A program made the position numbers and the translations under genes. A stretch of DNA of 64,000 bases from the human T2T-CHM13v2.0 reference genome, Homo sapiens, in assembly GCF_009914755.1 (NCBI RefSeq), contig NC_060936.1. The stretch is one strand, 5' to 3'. Position 1 is the first letter of the stretch; each line of letters begins with the position of its first letter. The notes below the pieces were generated by a model. That model did no database searches. It had not been told where the DNA came from and saw only the letters and a program-made list of their open reading frames with translations. Of this stretch, positions 55,052 through 64,000 are shown one piece after another.

Positions 55052-56269
55052 AGTTCAATCTCCACCCACTAAAACAAAAGCTCATGGAGGCAGGGATATG
55101 TGTAGCTTGGTTCACTGCTCTATATCCGAGCATGTAAAGCATGCCTGGCACATAGTAGGCTCTTCAAAAATATTTGTTGAATGAATCAACAAATCTGAGT
55201 ACAGGAAAGAACTTTGTAAAATGGTGAAAACACAACTTAGCTCACAAGGTTGTGGTGAGTGTTAAATGAGCAAAATACTTCATGTGTCCAGTCCTTAGTA
55301 GGTGCTTAACAAAATATGCTTTTTATCCTCAAAAGAAATTGTCATCAAGTAGCATTGGTATGGACATATACAATTGTAGAATTTTTTCAGACTGGGATGT
55401 TTATTTGCACAATACTTGGCAAAGGAGAGGAGCATAGCACCTTTAAATTAAGAGGCAAAACTTCATTTCAGCAGCTATTTTAATCGTGAGCCTCACCCAG
55501 CCCATCTCCATTTCACTCAGGATCCTTCAACAACACTCCACTTATGTATGAGCCACACCTTTAGTTTTCTATATTATTTTATAACTCAGTCTCCCTTCAA
55601 CTTTAAGAACTTTGAATTTATCACAGAGGTTCTTTCAAACCTTTATGGGCTCTGAATTCGATGCTCACTTTGAGAGTCAGAGAAAAATTAAAAAATAGTT
55701 CCTTCTGTCACTCTTACTGAATGGCCTCTTAAAACTCCGCTGTCTTCATAACCATTGCCAGACAATAAGATAATCCAGAGAGCAATAGGCAATTATTACC
55801 ATTTCAAAACCATTGTGCAGTTGCCTCTGAAAAGAAATCACTGGATGTATGATCTTCAGTTTTTATGGACTTATGCCATTCTTTGGCAGGAAGCAGTGTA
55901 AGCAGATAATTTCTACAGAACAATAATGTTTAAAACTTTAATACTGGCCAAGCAATAGGAGCAATTTTCCTAACAGGATTGAACTAAGGATAAATGGGAT
56001 GTCTGACAAGCTACTCTGCTGCAGCGATGTTTCTTGAACCCTTGGGAACTCTATTTTCTTCATCGTTTTATTACAAATCTAGCACGGTTCCTGTTACATG
56101 AGAGGTGCTCAGTCAATGTTTGTGGATTACATGGATGAATAGGCAAGTGAAAGAGTTATTATAAGCCCCTGGATGAATGTCTCCTTGTCTTATAAGCTAG
56201 TCCACCTGGATACAGCATCGTGGGTGGTCATGTTTTCCCTGCCTGAATCAGTTGATGGCCTCATTTGCC

Positions 56270-57383
<1,114 letters not shown>

Positions 57384-57720
57384 TTATATTAATTCTCCTG
57401 GGAACTGAGTGTGAGGTGGTGGTGCTCCCCCTGGGCGATTCCTGACAATAATTGCTATGGGGGACAGGAATCTTGAAACTGAGAAGAGATTTCTCTGTGC
57501 ACATCACAATCCTGTTTCACTGGTCCTGCAAATACACAGCCTTGAGAAACCTAAACAGGGAATCTTCTTTAACGCCGTACCACTTTGCTGCACAGCTAAC
57601 TAGATGGAGGAAGGAAGAGTAAATTAACAATCAGTACCCACCTCCTCTGTGCCAAACCCTGTGCTCGGCCCTTTATATGTTATCTCACTCCATTTAATCC
57701 TTAAACAATAAATACATTCC

Positions 57721-58705
57721 TGTAGTGGATATGTGATATTTCCCTACCATACATTCCAATTTTTACCCACACCTCCTCCACATGGCCCGCATGTTCTAGA
57801 AAAGCTGGCCTACCCCTGCTGCTAGGGATAGGATAAGTGGCTAGGGCTTAAGCTGATCGGTATAAGCCCATTCCCTGGTCACAGTTCAGGGAAGAGATAT
57901 CACCAAATTCAAACCAATAAGAAGTTTTCTGGGGGTGTAGGAAAGTAGCTCACTTGTGCAAACTTTTCCTCTCTCTCTCTCCTTCTAGAAGGAGCTGACA
58001 TGAAGCCTGGAATTGCCATAGCCCTTTTGCCACCATCAAGAAATGAACCAATGTGAACCTGAGAGACCCAGCCTTTCAGATGAATCCTGAGTGGCTAACT
58101 GGTCCTAAATTTAAAATGGAGCCAAGATGCTATTTGCTGACTAAAGGTCACACAAGTCCTCTGAGTTCGCTGAAAACCCATACCTTTTTAACTTGGGGAC
58201 TTTCAGCTCTGACCTGAACCAACAGAGCTCACCTGCCCCGCCAATCAGGGCTCAGCTGTATCAACCAATCAGAACTCAGCAGTGTTGACTAATCAGAACC
58301 ATGCAAGTTTGAATCCTTTATTTGCATAAACAGACCTGACTGGGATCCCAGACAAGAAATTTTGCTATAAAATCTGAACGCTCTCTTTGTTCACTGAAAT
58401 GCACGCAGACGGCTATGATCTCCTCAGTTTGCAAACTGTTTACAAGGATGAAGCCTTTTCTCCAAATTCCTTCTCAGAGAACTTTTGTTCATAAGGGCAA
58501 CCAGCGCCAGAGTGAAGTTGACTTCATGAAAGAGCAAAGGGACAGGAGAAATCAATTTTTGATGATATCACTGAATACCAAATCAAAAACCCTAAAATTT
58601 TCCGTCCTTTTAAAATTTCCTCTTATATGGGAGCCAAGTAAAACCACTTATTAATTTACCTAGTCTGAGTTGAGTATTCTATTACTCACAACATAAAAAG
58701 ACTTA
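57721..58705 (+). mobile_element. MLT1K/J-like old MaLR LTR split by an LTR47-like LTR; together with the next LTR it splits a minus-strand MIR (about 57620-57710 and 59170-59290)
   Basis: tgtagtggat start, cccattccctgg, tgaagcctggaattgcc...ttgccaccat, and 3' end tagtctgagttgagtattctattactcacaac. Confidence 0.6.
58050..58493 (+). mobile_element. LTR47-like ERV solo LTR
   Basis: gagtggctaactgg...aaatttaaaatggagccaag, repeated ccaatcag units, ATTTGCAT, TATAAAA, end agagaacttttgttcata. The family name is from memory and the left boundary is approximate. Confidence 0.6.
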
Positions 58706-58709
58706 ACTC

Positions 58710-59167
58710 TATTGATTAGGGTAAAGCTATTCTGCCATAAGAAGGAAACTCAACAATGATGGAATGGTTTAAAAATCTAAGTTCATTTCTCTCTCATCTA
58801 ACAGTGGGCAGGTGTTCCAGGTGGACAGGCAGCTCTGCTTCATATCTGCATTTAGAGAACCAGGTTCCTCCCAGATCATTACTCTGAAACCCCTATGATC
58901 TTGCTCTTGTCTCCACAGTCAAGGTTGGGTTGTTCTGAGTTCCACCTTGTAGGAAGGGGAAAGAACATGGAGGAGTCTTATGTCCCAGAGCTGAATATGA
59001 CACACACTTTGCTCACATTCCACTGGCAGGGAATTAGTTCCTTGATCATGTCTAACAGCAAGAGAGACTTGAAAATATGTTAGCAGCCATGTGCCCACAT
59101 ATCTGTTACCACAAAAGAAAACAAGAATGGATTGGGGTTAACTGCCAGCCCCGCAGTCTTAGCCACA
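58710..59167 (-). mobile_element. MLT1I/J-like old MaLR LTR
   Basis: aagttcatttctctctcat...gcagctctgct...ctttgctcacattccactggc...gccatgtgccc...gccaca. Confidence 0.65.
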
Positions 59168-59794
59168 TTAACCATTATAGAACCCATTTTACATAGGAGA
59201 GAAGTTAAGCTAAGAAAACTTGCCTTACATAACCAGTAAGTGACAGAGCAAGGATTTGAACCTCAACTTCAATACTCACTTCCACATGCTCCATAAGGTA
59301 GACTTCTATTGCTCCTCCATGTATGTATTTATCCTTCTTCCCAATTCCAGCTCTTGAAATGACCTCATCCACCATTAGCAACATATATGCCATAAGTTAC
59401 TATCTACTCTGGCAGTTGCCTGGTACCCTGCAAGGATAGCCAGCTTCTGGCTTAACTCCCAACCACAACTTTATTTTCTGCTCTCTAGGGGAGGAGGTGT
59501 TGAAGAAAGGATTGAGATGATTATCCCAGTCTGGCACACAGAAAGAGGTCTGTGTAGTAATATCCAGCTAAAAAGGCAGTTACTTGACAACTGCAGGGGA
59601 AATCAGGTGGCAAACTGAGGACAGAAGCAGAGAGAAAATGTGTGGCACCTGGAGGAACAGAGAAAATGTAAAGATGAAGATGGAAAGCTACTAACAATCA
59701 ATAATAAAAGAGGCTGAAATGGAAAATTAAGGACATAGAACAGACTGGGTGAATTTAGGTCATTTCTGATGTAATGTGTCCAGCATTTCTCTTA

Positions 59795-60700
59795 AACAAT
59801 TTTTATTTACTAATTTGAATTAGCAGTACATTTCCAAAATGAACAAAGGTTTAAAAGGAAACACTCTCTCCCCTACCCTATGCCCCAGGCACCCATTTCC
59901 TCTCACCAAGGTACAAAATATTATCAATTTCTTGGATATCCTCCTGGACATATTTTATGCATAAGAAGCAAATACAGGCATGTCTTGTGTAAGTATTTTT
60001 TCTCCCCTCTTTTATTGACCAATTTTCTACACCTTAATTTTTTTCACTTAAAATATCTTGGAGATCTTTCAAGGTGTATATATAAAGATAGTATCCTCCT
60101 TTATTAAAGAGTACTCTTTTTTATGGCTATATCATATTTCATTATATGAATATGCATAACTTATTTAAATAATCACTTATTGAGATATCTAGACTGTTTT
60201 CAATCTTCCACTATTACAAACAAGGCTGCAATATGCAATCTTGTGAACATCTCATTCTCTATGTATGTGACTAAACCTATAGGATAAATTCCTAGCACTG
60301 GCTTTAATAAGTCAAAGCATATAGATGTTCATAAGAATATTTCCAAATAACCCTTCATAAGATAGTACCAATTTATTTTCCCACCAGTCATATATGAGAG
60401 CACCTGTCTCTTCACATTCTTGCCAACACAGTGTGTTGTTAATTTTTTGTCATTGCCAATCTAATACATGAAAAATGGATGTCTGTATATGTTTAAACAA
60501 CATTCGTGTTCCATTTTCTATGGACTTTTTTGCACATTTTTTATTGGGCTATTGGTCTTTTTCTTATGGATTTTTAGGAGTTCTTTACTTACAAAGAAAA
60601 TTAGCTAGCTTTTGTCTATTAAATGAGTTCCAAATAGTTTCCGTTTTTATAATTGTCTAGTGACTTTTTATGATGGGTTTTGCATTGCAGAAAAGCATTC
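59795..60700 (-). mobile_element. Old L1MC/ME 3' region
   Basis: gactgttttcaatctt...ctattacaaacaaggctgcaat...aggataaattcctag...gtaccaattta...cccaccag...ttgccaaca. Confidence 0.8.
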
Positions 60701-61493
60701 CTTTTATTCACTCTCTGAAGCATCTCACTAAATTGGGAGATGCTCATAAAATAAGCCAAACTTTCCTAGATTGCAGGAGGCAGCATGAACTGGGGAAAAC
60801 TTCACTTTTGAGGGTTTCCTCTCCTGTTTGATCCCACCCTTAATTACTCCCTGGTAATGATATTGTCACAGAACTCAGCCCACTGAATAAATTAATATCA
60901 CTAACCATGACTTCCAGCAGTAACAGAGTGCAAAGGAAGCCAAGTTTCCTGCCCTTTGGCTTCCCAGCTAAGTCAGAGAGGAAAATAATGTTCTGAAAAT
61001 CCCCAGAGAATGTTGTTGACACATCAGCTTTCATTTTTCCTGCACCTACTTCCTCCATAAAATTCAATTATAAAAGTCCTTCCTAGGTAGTCATTCAATG
61101 AATGGCACTGGGCTGAAGAAGAATAGACCTGTGGGTGGGTTACTAAATGGATGGGAAGAGAAAATAAAGAAAAGGAGTAAATGAATAACAGGAGAAATCA
61201 CACTGCAAGTAAGGGGCATTTCACAACAGGAATGAAATTGCTTCTGCCACAAGCAGGCAAACAAATTTCTTCACACAAGGAAGGAGGGAGCATATTTCAG
61301 AAGGCCAAACATAAGTCTTGGCAGTGAATTTCAGGACCCCAGGGATTGTGACAATAGGAGGGAGGAGTGATGCCCCTTTTTGAAGGTCTAGGAAGATAGG
61401 TAGACAGCAATTCTCTAAAATCACCAAGAAAATTCTCTAAGGCAGCTTTGGAGAAGATGCTGGTTTCTTCTGCATTTTTCAGCCTGATCCATG

Positions 61494-61548
61494 GCATCCC
61501 CAACCTTCAGCCTCAGCTGAAAGCATCCCCAACCTTCAGCCTCAGCTG
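61494..61548. repeat. Tandem duplication, period 29 (26 bp identical)
   Basis: gcatccccaaccttcagcctcagctg at 61494-61519 and 61523-61548. Confidence 0.95.
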
Positions 61549-62039
61549 CTCAGCATCTGAGCGAATTCTGACTCTGCCTTAGTGGACATTGAAAGCCCTT
61601 TCCCATCCTATGGCAAGTGAGTAGTCTAGACCTCTGGAATTATACTCCTGCCTCTCTCTGCATTTCCCCTTCTCTCATGCATCCCTTTCCCTCCATCCCA
61701 CAGTACTGTGATCTGCAGCACCCGGCAGGGCAGCCCTTCCCAACCCTGGGCTTCTGCCTGACTTCCTGACTCTCACTCAGCCGCCTGCTCTTGCTGGAGC
61801 CTTGCCCTGAACTTCAGCCTCCTTGGCAAGGGCCCTGACAGCCCAGCTGGCCCACAGCCACCATCCTGTTCCTCTCAGCAAGCAGCCAGAGTCCTGTTTC
61901 AACACGGATAGTCCTCCCCACCCCGCTTCCTCTGCTGTCCCCCTCTTCCTGACCAACTGAACATTTCCATTATCCAGCGTTCAGCTTTTCCCCTGCTGCA
62001 TTCCCCTCCCTCCACTAGGTGGGAACCCATGGATATCTA

Positions 62040-62807
62040 CACTGGCTACATCAAGCCCAGATTCCCCACACATACACACCAGTTTGACCAGCCTTAAACC
62101 AATATGTACCTTTATTTAACTTATGTAATAAGAAGTCCAGAGATAGGAAGATTCCAGGGTTGGTTAATTTCATGGCTCTCAAGTGTCATTAAGGACCTAG
62201 AGTCTTTCACCTTTCTGCTCCGCCATCCCCACCACAATGCCTACTCTTTTCACAAGTTGAGTTCTGCAGCTCTCAGTGACCATGGTGGGCTGAAGTTGGT
62301 TCCCAGAGGCTCCTGAGAGCCAATTGCTAAATATTTAGGAGTTTTGCCAGTCAGTTGTAGAGCTTGAAATTGGCCATAATGGGAGAATTTACACCACAGA
62401 AATGGAAACAGACAAATGCTACAAATCAGGGCTTTTCATTTTTTGGCGAGGGTGTTAGCAGCGGATTAATGCTGCATCACATCTTCATACGATAACATTT
62501 AGAAACAAAAAGGGTCTATTTCTCAAATATATCTTTTTTTTTTAAGAGCAGAGAAACTTTTTCTGAAAACCTCATAGAAAATCCACCACCCCCACTCTCA
62601 CCCTCCCAACTTCCTTGGCCTGATTATGTCACATGCCCACGTTTTAACCAAAGATTGACAAATGAACAGGATGACAACAATTTCCCTAAAGTATGGGCAC
62701 CTGATACCTGAAAATCAGGGTTTTCTTAGCTGGAAATAGGGTAGGAGGTAGTGTTTGTGTGAGGAATCCACAGGATTTGTCTCATGCACATACACACATT
62801 CTGCCAC
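62040..62807 (-). mobile_element. Old MaLR LTR (MLT1K-like) split by MER63
   Basis: aataagaagtccagagatagg...ttccagggttggttaatt...gtcattaaggacc...ctttctgctccgccatcc...tgtcacatgcccac...ctgccaca. Confidence 0.6.
62280..62471. mobile_element. MER63A hAT relic
   Basis: gagagccaattgctaaat...agcttgaaattggccat...atttacaccacagaaat...caaatgctacaaatcagggctttt. Confidence 0.75.
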
Positions 62808-62914
62808 ATGATTGAGAGCTTCTCTCTCTGCCCTGGCCCACCGTGGAGGTTTCAGCAGGTTTACAGGGCAAAAAGGATTAAATGTTAGCCAGGAAGAGAA
62901 TTATGTTAATTCTG

Positions 62915-63056
62915 TTTTTTAGTTTGTCTGTTTGTTTTTAGAGATGGAGTCTCACAGTGTTTTGCAGGCTGGACTTGAACTACTGGATTCAAACAGTCCT
63001 CCTGTCTCAGCCTCCTGAGTAGCTGGGACTAAAGGCACGTGCCACCATGCCCAGCC
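62915..63056 (-). mobile_element. FLAM_A monomer
   Basis: Antisense monomer with a tagtcccagctactc-type 5' half and a left-arm-type 3' half. Confidence 0.8.
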
Positions 63057-63068
63057 ACATTAATTTTT

Positions 63069-63364
<296 letters not shown>

Positions 63365-63820
63365 TGCCTCATTAATTTTTATGTGTTGACATACTATTTC
63401 AAGTAAGTTAAATAAATACAAGACTAGATCTCATTAAGCAGTTTACTCAAAATTAATTTTTCTCTATTCAGGCTTAATCTAATCCTGATTTTCTCTCTGG
63501 CTGGAGTAGACTGTAAAGTTGGAATGCACCTGAATCTTTTTTGGGAGCCAGTTTCTTCAACGGCTTGTCTGAAATTGCAAAACTTTCAAGGGTATTGTGA
63601 GGTATCAGACTCTATGCCATCTGTCTTCAATGGCTCCAAGGAAGGGACCCCAAAACTGCTCTTTGATAATTCCAAGAAAGTGTCCAAATTGCACTTCTCT
63701 GCATCCCATTCACCTTTTTGAGCCTTTTCCCTTCCTTTAATGAAAAAAGAAATAGAAACCTTCTGACCACACATGCCTATGTTTGTGCACAATGAGACTG
63801 GCTCACATCGATTTTAAAAC

Positions 63821-64000
63821 GGCCGGGCACAGTGGCTCACACTTGTAATCCCAACGCTTTGGGAGGCCAAGGCTGGAGGATACTTGAGCCCAGGAGTCTG
63901 AGACCAGCCTGAATAACATAGCGAGACCCCATCTCTACAAAAAATAAATTAGCGTGAGCCGAGATCGCGCCACTGCACTCCAGCCTGGGCGACAGAGCGA
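63821..64000 (+). mobile_element. AluJ left arm (63821-63953) joined to a CpG-intact Alu 3' end (63954-64000, runs off the window)
   Basis: Diverged J-type left arm, then an abrupt gtgagccgagatcgcgccactgcactccagcctgggcgacagagcga. Confidence 0.88.

Larger units (their letters stand above)
52490..55190 (+). mobile_element. Long L2a-type relic hosting Alu, MLT1F and L1PA insertions
   Basis: ccactccactgaaac...caccaatgacctccatgtt, tttgacaaagttgatcactc, aaaaaccttggagtcctc, ccatcagcaaatcctg, and the 3' end tgcctggcacatagtagg...aaatatttgttgaatgaat. Confidence 0.85.

Noticed and set aside
62010-62026. CTCF-like CCACTAGGTGGGA
   Set aside because: Lacks the conserved C of the GGC end, so it is much weaker than the 14572 site.

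Overview
Primate (very likely human or great-ape) non-coding DNA, intergenic or deep-intronic. About half of it is recognisable interspersed repeat: about 25 Alu/FLAM copies (AluJ, AluS and AluY types), many MIR and L2 relics, old L1M and two short L1PA 3' fragments, about a dozen LTR elements (MaLR MLT1/MST, MER41B, an LTR47-like LTR, a probable MamGypLTR), and hAT/Tc-mariner relics (MER5, MER58, MER63, MER103, Charlie1, Kanga/MER104, MARNA). I recognise no protein-coding exon, RNA gene or named gene. The longer ORFs in the track are Alu- or L1-derived or chance ORFs. Repeat family names come from my recollection of consensus sequences and need RepeatMasker/Dfam confirmation. TSDs, palindromes and motifs were read directly from the sequence. 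I found no convincing new multi-gene system. The most notable observations are: (1) an L1-retrotransposed, 'processed pseudogene' copy of a MER41 ERV RNA (internal end-PPT-U3-R-A tail, no U5, long TSD), in which one STAT1 GAS site has become a TTC-N4-GAA palindrome; (2) a 124-nt fold-back hairpin apparently made by template switching inside an L2; (3) a recursive-splice-site-like AG|GTAAGT whose donor can be locked in a hairpin; (4) a non-repeat CpG-enriched candidate regulatory element and a strong CTCF-like motif.
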